From contig JAGLPV010000015.1 of assembly GCA_023137195.1 (NCBI GenBank), positions 27,075 to 91,074 on the forward strand: 64,000 nucleotides of DNA, written 5' to 3'. The notes beneath the pieces were generated by a model. The model saw only the letters and a list, made by a program, of their open reading frames with translations. It did no database searches and was not told where the DNA came from. Position numbers and translations under genes: made by a program. Within the stretch, counting starts at the first letter, position 1, and each line of letters opens with the position of its first letter. Of the stretch, positions 1 to 8,315 are shown one piece after another. This DNA comes from Candidatus Aenigmatarchaeota archaeon. Lineage in GTDB: Archaea; EX4484-52.

Positions 1-727
1 GCTGACCTTTGATCAAACTCGTCGGTGCGCTACCAACAGAACATTTGCCTCCTGATATTTCCTGGCTTGTGCACTCACATACGCTATTGGCAGAGGTGCC
101 ACTACTCTTGATGTATGTACATAGCTCCTCATTCTGGCAAGTCTTGTATTTCTGTCCAGACCCAGTTATTCCATCACTGCAAAACAACCCTTCTGCGCAA
201 TCCTCTGTGGCTGTGCACACTACTCCCTCCTTTAATTTATTCCTGTCCTCTGCATCACTGCCTACAATATAGACTGCCCTGACAAACACAGCGCTTATTT
301 TTCCATCCGGATATTTTATGTTTGCGTATTTCCATACTACAAATTTTTCTTCTTCGGGAGCTATCTTAAAACTTGCGTCAAGAGGAATATAATTTTTAAA
401 ATCCCATTGTTTGCCTGTCTGAGTATCTACAATATGTATATGATATCGCGTAGTACCTATATCATAACCGGACGCATTTTTATCTTTTTGAAGAAGAGCA
501 TCTGTTAATTTATCAGCATCGAACATGAAATTTTCCGGCTCTCCCTTGGAGTTTTCTACCACAAGCCCCGGAAGATGCATGAGCTGGACAAGAAGTGCGT
601 CCTTGTATCCTTTCATTTCATGGAACTGCATCTCGGTATTTGCTACACTAAAGTGCAGAGCTGTGAAAATGCCAATAAATGTAGAGAAAAAGAGTATGCA
701 CAATATTTTTTCAATTGTTGATGACAT
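1..727 (-). CDS. Secreted or membrane-anchored Cys-rich hypothetical protein (partial, 3' end off window)
   Basis: Own translation of the minus strand from the ATG at 725-727 gives MSSTIEKILCILFFSTFIGIFTALHF... and stays open to position 1. It has an N-terminal hydrophobic anchor and a distal Cys-rich stretch (VCTATEDCAEGLFC..KTCQNEELC). It is absent from the ORF track because it has no in-window stop. Plus-strand ORFs 9..272 and 525..755 are antisense shadows. Confidence 0.55.
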   Translation of the reverse strand, partial: MSSTIEKILCILFFSTFIGIFTALHFSVANTEMQFHEMKGYKDALLVQLMHLPGLVVENSKGEPENFMFDADKLTDALLQKDKNASGYDIGTTRYHIHIVDTQTGKQWDFKNYIPLDASFKIAPEEEKFVVWKYANIKYPDGKISAVFVRAVYIVGSDAEDRNKLKEGVVCTATEDCAEGLFCSDGITGSGQKYKTCQNEELCTYIKSSGTSANSVCECTSQEISGGKCSVGSAPTSLIKGQ

Positions 728-790
728 TACAAATTCTCCCATAACAATTATTTAGACAAAAATATATAAATATGAGCCGCCCTCTTTTTT

Positions 791-1597
791 ATGCATTTAT
801 ATACTGAAGAGACAAATCTGATTAAAGAGAGTGCCGGAACACGCGCAAATACGCCTGTTACTATCCTGGGGGTTCCTTTTGACAGCACAGAGACTACATT
901 ATCTGGTCAAAGGAAAGCTCCTGATTCCATTAGGAACGCGTTTTTAAATATAGAGACAGGAGATGTTTTTGATAAACTAACAGATGCCGGGAATTTGATG
1001 GTTGTACACGGCAGTGCTTCCAAGACATTGTCTCGACTGGAGCAGACAATTGATGATTTGTTTTCCGGCAACAAAGAGGTAATTCCTGTTCTCCTGGGGG
1101 GAGAGCATACAGTAACGCTCGGGGCAGTAAAATCAATGATTAAGAGGCATGGAGAATTTGATATTTTGTGTTTTGATGCGCATTATGACTTGAAAAACAA
1201 CTGGCAGACAGAAAAACTCAATCATTCAACTGTTATGAGAAGGATATATGAGTTGAATAAAAATATAGGGTTTATTGGAGTAAGAGAATATAGTTGTGAA
1301 GAGAAAGATTTTTTTAAGAAAAATGGTATTGGTAGGAATTTGGATAAAATTAAGCGTTCGGGGAAGCCATTGTATGTTTCTGTTGATGTTGATGTTTTTG
1401 ATACTTCTGTTATGCCGGGGGTTTCTGATAGCGTTCCTGGTGGGATTAGAGTAAAAGAATTTTTTGATGTGATGAAGCTGTTTAAAAAAAGAAAAATAAT
1501 CGGGATGGATATTGTTGAATTTAATCCTCTTGTGGAAGAATATAGCACTGCAAGGAATATTGCTTATGTTTTGAGGGAATTGGTTAATTTATTGTAA
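791..1597 (+). CDS. speB: Agmatinase (arginase/ureohydrolase family)
   Basis: Ureohydrolase Mn-site motifs in the translation: GGEHTVTLG, FDAHYDL, SVDVDVFD. 268 aa with an ATG start. Confidence 0.85.
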   Translation: MHLYTEETNLIKESAGTRANTPVTILGVPFDSTETTLSGQRKAPDSIRNAFLNIETGDVFDKLTDAGNLMVVHGSASKTLSRLEQTIDDLFSGNKEVIPVLLGGEHTVTLGAVKSMIKRHGEFDILCFDAHYDLKNNWQTEKLNHSTVMRRIYELNKNIGFIGVREYSCEEKDFFKKNGIGRNLDKIKRSGKPLYVSVDVDVFDTSVMPGVSDSVPGGIRVKEFFDVMKLFKKRKIIGMDIVEFNPLVEEYSTARNIAYVLRELVNLL

Positions 1598-1607
1598 TTG
1601 TTTATGT

Positions 1608-3134
1608 TTAATTTAAGAGGTTCTCTATCTTTCTTTTCAATTCCTTGATGGTTTTTTCCAGCTCGTTTTTATTTGCTGTTGACATATCCTTATTTTCAAC
1701 CACAATAGGAACAGGTTTTGGTTGTTTTCCAATAACAGTTCTTTTGTTTTTTTCAACTGTGGTCAAATCAACACCAGGCATTTGTTCTTTTATCTCTTTT
1801 ATTAATTTTTCAAACATAGCTATTGATTTTTTATCATCTTTGCGATACTTGTAAAGCAACTCACTTATTTGTATTGTCAACCCATATATATATTTTATTG
1901 ATTCCCTGGATGGTTTTGTTATCTGGCTTGTCGTATATAAAATCAGATTCAAGAAAGCGCATACAGTTTCTGTATCTCTGTGTTCTATTACAAAAGAAGC
2001 CATTTTCCGGAAATCTCTGTTGAGCAGATAACTTTGGATAAATGAATTAATGATATTTTCATCTACATATAATTTTAACTCCTCACACATACGAATATCC
2101 TTTATTTCTCCATAAAACAATTTTTTGGTTATTCCTTTTTTTCCCGGAGTGTGTTCGCTATCAGAAAAATCAATAATTTTCCATAGCCCTTTATTGGTCA
2201 GCATAATATTTTTAGAATTCAAATCACGATGAATAAAATTACTATTATGCATAACTGAGATGATTTTACCCAGTTCTGCAATAAGATTAGCTTTTATTGT
2301 TTTTTCTTTCAGAATAACTTCTAATGTCTTGCCTTCTATCTTTTCCATTATAATATGGTTATTTTTATCATACCTATATATTCTGGGGCTGTTTTTTTTA
2401 AGAATTTTTTTAGCTTTAAGTATTTTGCCGTACTCTATCGCACTAACAATCTTTAATATTTTATTCATAAGGGGGTTCAGAATAGGTGCATCAGAAAGCT
2501 TTTTGGTGGACTTTACAGCAAACTCCATCGCAGATCCCTTTTTTTCAACAGAAACGCCATCTACGTATCCTCTACGCCCACTTCCTATTCTTTCTTTAGT
2601 AATTATAGTTTCATCTGGTTTTTTTATAATCTCATCAATTGTACTATTTCCGGACTTTTCGTCATTTTTTATTATCGCGTCAACCGCCTCTGTTGTCGGA
2701 ACAACAGTTTCATAAAAATCATTTATCAAACGCGGATTTGTAGTTTCTCCCTTCTTTTTTTCATCTCGGTATTCTTTGCTTTCTCTTATGTTGTGAATGG
2801 CATCTCCATCGTTTTCCAAAAAATCAGATAATTCTCCCTCTGCTTTTTCTTTCTCAACTCGTTGTTTTTCCTCTTTGTTTTTTAACATCCCTGAAATTAT
2901 TGGCAATTTATGCAAAATTCCTTTTAATGTAGGACGTCCTTTTGCTAATTTCCGAAGTGCTTTTTTTTCAGCAATTTCAGCATTTTCTATTGACTCGTCA
3001 AGTACTTCTATTATTGGAGATTCTGAAGGCAGTCTGTATTTTAGTCTTTTAAGTTGTTTTTTTAGTTTCTCAACTTTTTTGAGTTTTTCAAATAGTTCTT
3101 TATCCTGCATATTATTATTCTCTCCTGCTGGCAT
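1608..3134 (-). CDS. Atypical protein kinase (Bud32/RIO-like core) with coiled-coil extensions; paralog of 5192..6466
   Basis: Gly-loop IGSGRRGYV, Lys motif FAVKS, hinge IMEKIEG, catalytic loop HRDLNSKNIML, metal-binding WKIIDFSDS. Lys/Glu-rich coiled-coil N and C termini. ATG at 3134; an alternative ATG lies at 3110. Confidence 0.7.
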   Translation of the reverse strand: MPAGENNNMQDKELFEKLKKVEKLKKQLKRLKYRLPSESPIIEVLDESIENAEIAEKKALRKLAKGRPTLKGILHKLPIISGMLKNKEEKQRVEKEKAEGELSDFLENDGDAIHNIRESKEYRDEKKKGETTNPRLINDFYETVVPTTEAVDAIIKNDEKSGNSTIDEIIKKPDETIITKERIGSGRRGYVDGVSVEKKGSAMEFAVKSTKKLSDAPILNPLMNKILKIVSAIEYGKILKAKKILKKNSPRIYRYDKNNHIIMEKIEGKTLEVILKEKTIKANLIAELGKIISVMHNSNFIHRDLNSKNIMLTNKGLWKIIDFSDSEHTPGKKGITKKLFYGEIKDIRMCEELKLYVDENIINSFIQSYLLNRDFRKMASFVIEHRDTETVCAFLNLILYTTSQITKPSRESIKYIYGLTIQISELLYKYRKDDKKSIAMFEKLIKEIKEQMPGVDLTTVEKNKRTVIGKQPKPVPIVVENKDMSTANKNELEKTIKELKRKIENLLN

Positions 3135-5184
3135 TATTCAACTCTCCAGTTGCTTTGTTTAATTCGTCCACGATTCCTAATACCTCTTGTTCGCGTGTCA
3201 GTTTATCTATTTTGTTTTTTAAGTTCTTCTTCTTTTCAACCCAATCCTTTCGTTCTCTGGGCGACATTGAAGGAGAGTATTGACTATTCAATATCCTGAG
3301 CTCTTCTTTTGCATTATCCAACTTCCATTTGGTTAATAGTGGTTTTCCTTGTGGTTTTGTTTCTGGTGGTTTTTCGGCTTTTCTTTGCACTCTTAGTTTT
3401 TCTATTATAGCTGCTTCATAAAATTCCTTTATCAACTGGTAATTATTTTTATGTTCTTCTGCAATTCTCCGGTATTTTGGATGATTTAACATATAATGAA
3501 GTCGCTTTCTGTGTTCTAAATATTCTCTCTCTTCAGCAGGGTTTTTCCATTTTTTATTTGATGCATTGTGCGGTTCTTTTATCATTTCAGGATTTTCATG
3601 AATCTTTGCCGTTTCATGATTTTGTGCGTGTTGTTGATAGGTTATATCTTTACATAGATAATTGTCGTTTATACAGATATTTCCTTCGGGTCTCATCAAT
3701 TTAAGAATGGTGTTGTAGAATTCTGTTAAATCAATTTTCGGGGGAGTTGTTTTGGCTGAAGCCAAAGGTATGTTTTTATAATCCCTGTCTTTAATCTCGA
3801 ATTCCTTCGAGTAGATATAAAAAGAAGGCAGTTTATTGCTGGATATGCCTTCGTATTTTGAATAATACTGCTGTATTGTCGGGTCATAATAGGCATCATC
3901 TATCTTTAACAAAATATGGCTCCATCCACTTTCAGTATCCCTAACCACCCTCTTATCCCCTATATGTAAAATACATCTGTTTTCTTTACCATCATCCAAA
4001 GATATTGTTTTTTCCAGACTATTTTGTTTCTTCCCCTTCACATATATTTTTTCAACATTATTTTTACAAATACAGCAAATAACAATAACTCTTGCATTTA
4101 CTAGTTTGATTCTTTTCGGTTCTATAAATTCCAGACACTTTTCTATCATTTCATATGTCGCCAATCCACAGGCATTGAAATTGTATTTTTCAAAAGCTGT
4201 TTTTTTAATCTCTTCGAAAATTTTTTTAATCCTCTCTGGTTGATTCTCTTTTCTTTCAAACAGGTTATTTTCTTCAATAAGTCCCTTTTTCAGATAAATT
4301 ATTTTTTCCAGGATGTTTTCATACTTCTTTTTTTCAAGAGGATTTTTTTTAATATTTTCTTCAAGTGCAGATATTTTTTGGTTCAAAACAAGTTCTATCA
4401 AACCTATTTTGCTGTTTTTTTTTATTCTCACGAGTTCTTTTACTGCTTTTATTTTATCATCTGCGCTTTTTGAATCGACATAATCAATGACTATCGAAAG
4501 TATCTTTTGCTTATTTGATTTCTCTTCATCTTGCGGGTTTTCTTTTTTTATGCCGTATTTGTTTTGCAATTCTCTTATCTGGCTGTCGCCGAATCCCATT
4601 ATTTCCAGTAGAGGACAAACATACTCTATCTTGATTTTCTTTCTTTCTACTAACGTCATTATGTTGTCCAAAGCGGGTTTTCCGATATTTGAAAGTGTGG
4701 TTAAAGCCTTGTTGCGCACATTATAGTTTTTGTCTTCGAGTTCTTTTATTAGGATATACATTGTTGTCAATGTTTTTTTAATTGTTTCTCCCTTTATTTT
4801 TTTTATTTTATCTCGTGCCCCACCTATCAATTTACTAATCTCTTCTACTTCTTCTTTACTTAATTCTACCTTCTCTCCATCATCTTCAAATTCCATTGAA
4901 CTTGTCCCTGACTTAAAATTATTTATGTGATATTTCCACATCAATCGACGGAATGCACCACGATATTTTTTTCCGGCATCCTCAAAAAACTCATCTGGTT
5001 TTTCTATAGAAAACAGGTCACAAACATTGTCTAATGTTGCCTCTTTCTTGTCTCGAAAATGGATCTTGTCGATAACAAAATACTTTATGTCTGCACCTAA
5101 AATCAGGAAAGCCTCATTTGCAGTCATCTTGCCAGAGTTAATTTTAGTGTCTCTTAAAAATTTTGTGTGGTTTGTTTTTACCAT
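3115..5184 (-). CDS. HEAT-like repeat plus transglutaminase-like (Cys-His-Asp) domain protein; paralog of 6482..7879
   Basis: NACGLATYEMIEKCLE ... RIKLVNARVIV ... SHILLKIDDAYYDPTIQ matches the order and spacing of the transglutaminase-like cysteine peptidase core. There is an upstream HEAT-like segment (NVRNKALTTLSNIGKPALDNIM). The track ORF starts at TTG 5211; the first ATG is at 5184. Confidence 0.55.
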   Translation of the reverse strand: MVKTNHTKFLRDTKINSGKMTANEAFLILGADIKYFVIDKIHFRDKKEATLDNVCDLFSIEKPDEFFEDAGKKYRGAFRRLMWKYHINNFKSGTSSMEFEDDGEKVELSKEEVEEISKLIGGARDKIKKIKGETIKKTLTTMYILIKELEDKNYNVRNKALTTLSNIGKPALDNIMTLVERKKIKIEYVCPLLEIMGFGDSQIRELQNKYGIKKENPQDEEKSNKQKILSIVIDYVDSKSADDKIKAVKELVRIKKNSKIGLIELVLNQKISALEENIKKNPLEKKKYENILEKIIYLKKGLIEENNLFERKENQPERIKKIFEEIKKTAFEKYNFNACGLATYEMIEKCLEFIEPKRIKLVNARVIVICCICKNNVEKIYVKGKKQNSLEKTISLDDGKENRCILHIGDKRVVRDTESGWSHILLKIDDAYYDPTIQQYYSKYEGISSNKLPSFYIYSKEFEIKDRDYKNIPLASAKTTPPKIDLTEFYNTILKLMRPEGNICINDNYLCKDITYQQHAQNHETAKIHENPEMIKEPHNASNKKWKNPAEEREYLEHRKRLHYMLNHPKYRRIAEEHKNNYQLIKEFYEAAIIEKLRVQRKAEKPPETKPQGKPLLTKWKLDNAKEELRILNSQYSPSMSPRERKDWVEKKKNLKNKIDKLTREQEVLGIVDELNKATGELNNASRRE

Positions 5185-5191
5185 ATTGTTT

Positions 5192-6466
5192 TTATTTATT
5201 TTCTCCAACAATTTGATTTATTAACTTTATTATTTCTTCTTTCGTTTGATTCATTTGATTTTCACATATACCGTTTTTGTGTTTTAAGTTCTCAAATAAA
5301 GATAAATCAATATTTGGATTTTTAAGAAGACGTTCTTTAAGCTTCATTCGAAGAATATGATGTTTAAGTTTTCTTAATTCCTTTGCTTCTTGAACTTCGC
5401 ATTTATCCAAACGCTTTTCCTGTGTTAAATTTTCAATTTTGAGCAAAAACATAGAAAGATATTTATTTACTTCATTGGAAGGAAGATTAATATTTTCTAC
5501 GATATATTTTATAAATTCAAATAAACCATATCCTGCTTCATAATCAATTGGTCTTTGATTATATATTCCATCAATATAAGTTATTAAATTTCTATTAATT
5601 AAATAATTTTGAAAGAAAATATTTTTTATTTTTTTATCAGGACACTTTTTCATTACTTTATATACGTCTCGTCCTTGACGATGGATTTTACCTCTAAAAT
5701 CAAGATTTTTTTCTAACTCAATAAGTTTTTCTAACTTAATGTTTTTTTCATTACTACTATTTGGATTCCTGCCCCCAAAATCAATTATTTTCCATATTCC
5801 CTGTTCATCTAAAATAACATTATTGGAATGTAAATCTCCGTGAATGAAATCCTGATTGTGCATGACTGCAATTATTTTTCCTAACCGAGTAATTAGTTCT
5901 GGTTTTTCTAATAATATTTCTAATGGAATATCCCTTAGCTGAAATCCTTCAATTGGTTCCATAAGCAATTTTTGGGTCATTTCATTATTATAATACTCAT
6001 AAACTTTAGGTATATTATTTGGATGAATGCATCCAAAAATACGCATTCTTTTATATTCTTCCTCTTTTATTTCTTTTCCCATCAAAGGTATCTTTACAGC
6101 AATATTATGGCTATGTCCTTCTTTATCTTCAGCAGAAATACCAATCACTTCCCCTCTGCTTCCAGTCCCCAATTTGTTCGGTGGCTTAATAATATATTCT
6201 CCCCATTCTATATCCTCTTGGTCATTTTTCTGATTTAATGGTATTTCTCCGTTTTTTATTCCATAAACCAATTCTGTTATTTTTGAACCGCCCTGTAGAA
6301 AGTTTCCAAGCCACGTACCTTGCTCTTCTGTTTTTTTAGTCTTGTTTTCCTTTTTTTCTTTCAATAGTTTAAAAGTTTCAAAGACCCTTTCTTTAAATTC
6401 ATTTTCACTGTCTGGCAGGCTTTCAGTCAATTCAATAATTTTCATTTCTATTTCTTCCTTCCTCAT
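5192..6466 (-). CDS. Atypical protein kinase (Bud32/RIO-like core); paralog of 1608..3134
   Basis: LGTGSRGEV, IAVKI, LMEPIEG, IHGDLHSNNVIL, WKIIDFGG, in the same order as the other kinase. It shares C-terminal region motifs with it (NYLINRN versus SYLLNRD). Confidence 0.7.
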   Translation of the reverse strand: MRKEEIEMKIIELTESLPDSENEFKERVFETFKLLKEKKENKTKKTEEQGTWLGNFLQGGSKITELVYGIKNGEIPLNQKNDQEDIEWGEYIIKPPNKLGTGSRGEVIGISAEDKEGHSHNIAVKIPLMGKEIKEEEYKRMRIFGCIHPNNIPKVYEYYNNEMTQKLLMEPIEGFQLRDIPLEILLEKPELITRLGKIIAVMHNQDFIHGDLHSNNVILDEQGIWKIIDFGGRNPNSSNEKNIKLEKLIELEKNLDFRGKIHRQGRDVYKVMKKCPDKKIKNIFFQNYLINRNLITYIDGIYNQRPIDYEAGYGLFEFIKYIVENINLPSNEVNKYLSMFLLKIENLTQEKRLDKCEVQEAKELRKLKHHILRMKLKERLLKNPNIDLSLFENLKHKNGICENQMNQTKEEIIKLINQIVGENK

Positions 6467-6481
6467 ATTATTCTTGATGTT

Positions 6482-7879
6482 TTAATCGTCTGCTCCTTTA
6501 TATTTTTTAATAAGTTTAATTATTTCTTCTTCTGTTTTTTTTATTTCTTTTGGAGACATTGCCGCATCTACTGCTCTCTGATTTTCTTCATCCTGTTCGT
6601 CTATCTTTTTTTTATTATCTATTGCCCATTCATACCTATTTTTTACCAGTTTCTCATTACTTTCTATGGGCTTTACTTTTTCTTCATACGCAGATGGATT
6701 TATCCTCCTTAAATAATCCAATCGTTCAAGATGTTCTGGATTTATAGATGAATCTTCAAAATTACTCAAATCTCTGCATACATAATTGTCGTTTACAATA
6801 ATATTTGAATTTTCTTTTTTCAACAGAAATACAACATCATTGCGCAACAGTATTTTCCTTTTTTCTTCTGATGTATTTTCTGTTAATGCAACCGGCGCAT
6901 GTTCGCGATCTTTTTTTCTGATTTGATCTTCTACTGCATGGACATAATAATAAGGCAATTTATGTTCGTATATTCCTCTTGCTTTCGAATAATAGCGCTG
7001 TATTGTAGGATCATAATACGTGTCATCTATTTTCAGGAGGCTATGGTTGCGACCCATATCCTCATCAACAAGTATTTTTTCATCTCTAACAGACAAGATG
7101 TCTTTCCCCCTGTGGATTATCTCATCCATAGAAGACGTTGTCTTTTCCGGGTTGTCTATTTTTATTGTTTTTTTCTCTCCATCTCTTCTTCTTATTAGGT
7201 AAACTGCCTTAACCGAGTCTGTACAAATAAGTTTAGAAACAATTACTCTCGCATTGACAAATTTTATTCTTTTTGAATTTATGCCTTTTTCCAGGCATCT
7301 ATTTATCATTTCCTCTATTATTTCATTGCAGGGAATATCAATTTTCGATGCCTGTTTTTGAATATCCAATAATATTACGCTTATTTTTCCTTTATTCCCA
7401 CTGTTTCTCCCTGAACTGTTTTCGGCATTTGTTGGAATTGGTGGATTTTTTCCAGTAAGACTTTTCGAAGATGGTCTGAATTTTCCAGATAAGATATCCC
7501 CAATATTGGGACTTTTTTTCTCCAACTCCCGCGCCGCATCAGGATCTTTTTCTTTTAGTTCATTTAGTGAATGCTTAATTTTCTTATTCAATTCATTTAA
7601 TTTGTTAACATCTTTGGCTTTTTCCTTTTGTATGTTCTTAATATATTCATTTAATTGTTCTACTAGTTCTAGATGGTCTTTGAGAAATAGTTTTTTAACA
7701 GCAGGATATTCATTTATAATATGCACTGCATACATCGGATCTTTTTTTACAAGCGTTGCTGCCAGTCCAGAATCGTTTTTAAAAGCAGAGAGAATTGCTT
7801 TTTCTGCTGCCGGTTTGTCATCTGTCTTTAACGCCCCATTCTTTAACGCCAATTCTTCTATCATTTGCAATGAGTTCAT
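6482..7879 (-). CDS. Transglutaminase-like (Cys-His-Asp) domain protein with coiled-coil N-terminus
   Basis: IPCNEIIEEMINRCLE ... RIKFVNARVIV ... NHSLLKIDDTYYDPTIQRYYSK ... IVNDNYVCRDL is collinear with the C-terminal half of 3115..5184. Confidence 0.55.
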   Translation of the reverse strand: MNSLQMIEELALKNGALKTDDKPAAEKAILSAFKNDSGLAATLVKKDPMYAVHIINEYPAVKKLFLKDHLELVEQLNEYIKNIQKEKAKDVNKLNELNKKIKHSLNELKEKDPDAARELEKKSPNIGDILSGKFRPSSKSLTGKNPPIPTNAENSSGRNSGNKGKISVILLDIQKQASKIDIPCNEIIEEMINRCLEKGINSKRIKFVNARVIVSKLICTDSVKAVYLIRRRDGEKKTIKIDNPEKTTSSMDEIIHRGKDILSVRDEKILVDEDMGRNHSLLKIDDTYYDPTIQRYYSKARGIYEHKLPYYYVHAVEDQIRKKDREHAPVALTENTSEEKRKILLRNDVVFLLKKENSNIIVNDNYVCRDLSNFEDSSINPEHLERLDYLRRINPSAYEEKVKPIESNEKLVKNRYEWAIDNKKKIDEQDEENQRAVDAAMSPKEIKKTEEEIIKLIKKYKGADD

Positions 7880-7902
7880 AGTATTTTAATTACTGATTAA
7901 AT

Positions 7903-8006
7903 ATATCGCGGCACAAGTAATGCATGTATGTGGCGTGATATACTAGCAAAATACATAAATACTATATAAATACGGATTATCCTTTGTATTATTTATGTGT
8001 TTTGCT
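7903..8006 (+). repeat. Two-hairpin intergenic element, family 1, copy a
   Basis: Hairpin 1 pairs atatcgcggcac (7903-7914) with gtggcgtgatat (7930-7941). Hairpin 2 pairs agcaaaatacataaata (7945-7961) with tatttatgtgttttgct (7990-8006). A second copy lies at 42325..42512. Confidence 0.6.
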
Positions 8007-8190
8007 ATAATATATTTCTTAATTGTAAATAAATTATATATAATTATACAAAAATTATTTATACTCTCTATCCTAATTGAAACACTCTCACATCCTGATT
8101 TCCGACAGCACCATCAAACATAAAAATATAAACTACTTTTCTCGCATTTCATTTAACTCATCGAATTTTCAGAAAACATTATCTTTTCTT

Positions 8191-8261
8191 GTGCATTCCG
8201 TGCGTCATTCAACAAAGTTGAATGTGCAAAAAAGCAGAGCTTTTTTCGCATCCGGTGGATT
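8191..8261. repeat. Intergenic hairpin element, family 2, copy a
   Basis: Hairpins cattcaac-aaa-gttgaatg (8206-8224) and aaaaaagc-aga-gctttttt (8228-8246), ending in cgcatccggtggatt. An inverted homologous copy lies at 30561..30642. Confidence 0.5.
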
Positions 8262-8315
8262 AAAATAAGTTCCTCTTTTTATTCACATTTAAAAATATAA
8301 ATTATATAATCTTGT

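Noticed and set aside
2260-2715. Antisense or overlapping ORFs throughout the track (for example 2260..2715, 4240..4473, 18751..19374, 26235..26708, 52450..52842, 53986..54456, 54855..55268, 57351..57647)
   Set aside because: Each lies opposite or out of frame within a longer ORF that carries recognisable family motifs. Their Ser/Phe/Leu/Ile-rich low-complexity translations are what AT-rich antisense strands typically produce.
4900-5184. J-domain-like pattern in the N-terminus of the HEAT+TGL protein (EAFLILGAD ... AFRRLMWKYHINNF)
   Set aside because: The two halves of the supposed J-domain are separated by ~45 residues rather than ~12, and the HPD tripeptide is absent (HIN). This is too weak to call.
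7903-8006. Family-1 element as an H/ACA or C/D box sRNA
   Set aside because: The stems are continuous with no pseudouridylation pocket. There is no K-turn/K-loop GA motif and no ACA box at the right distance. The C-box-like GTGATAT and the upstream CTGA are in the wrong order, and the CTGA is not conserved in copy b.
8077-8268. 63-aa ORF in the TGL-gene/cca intergenic region
   Set aside because: It starts at a non-ATG codon (ttg), overlaps the family-2 hairpin element, and has low-complexity sequence. It has no supporting features.
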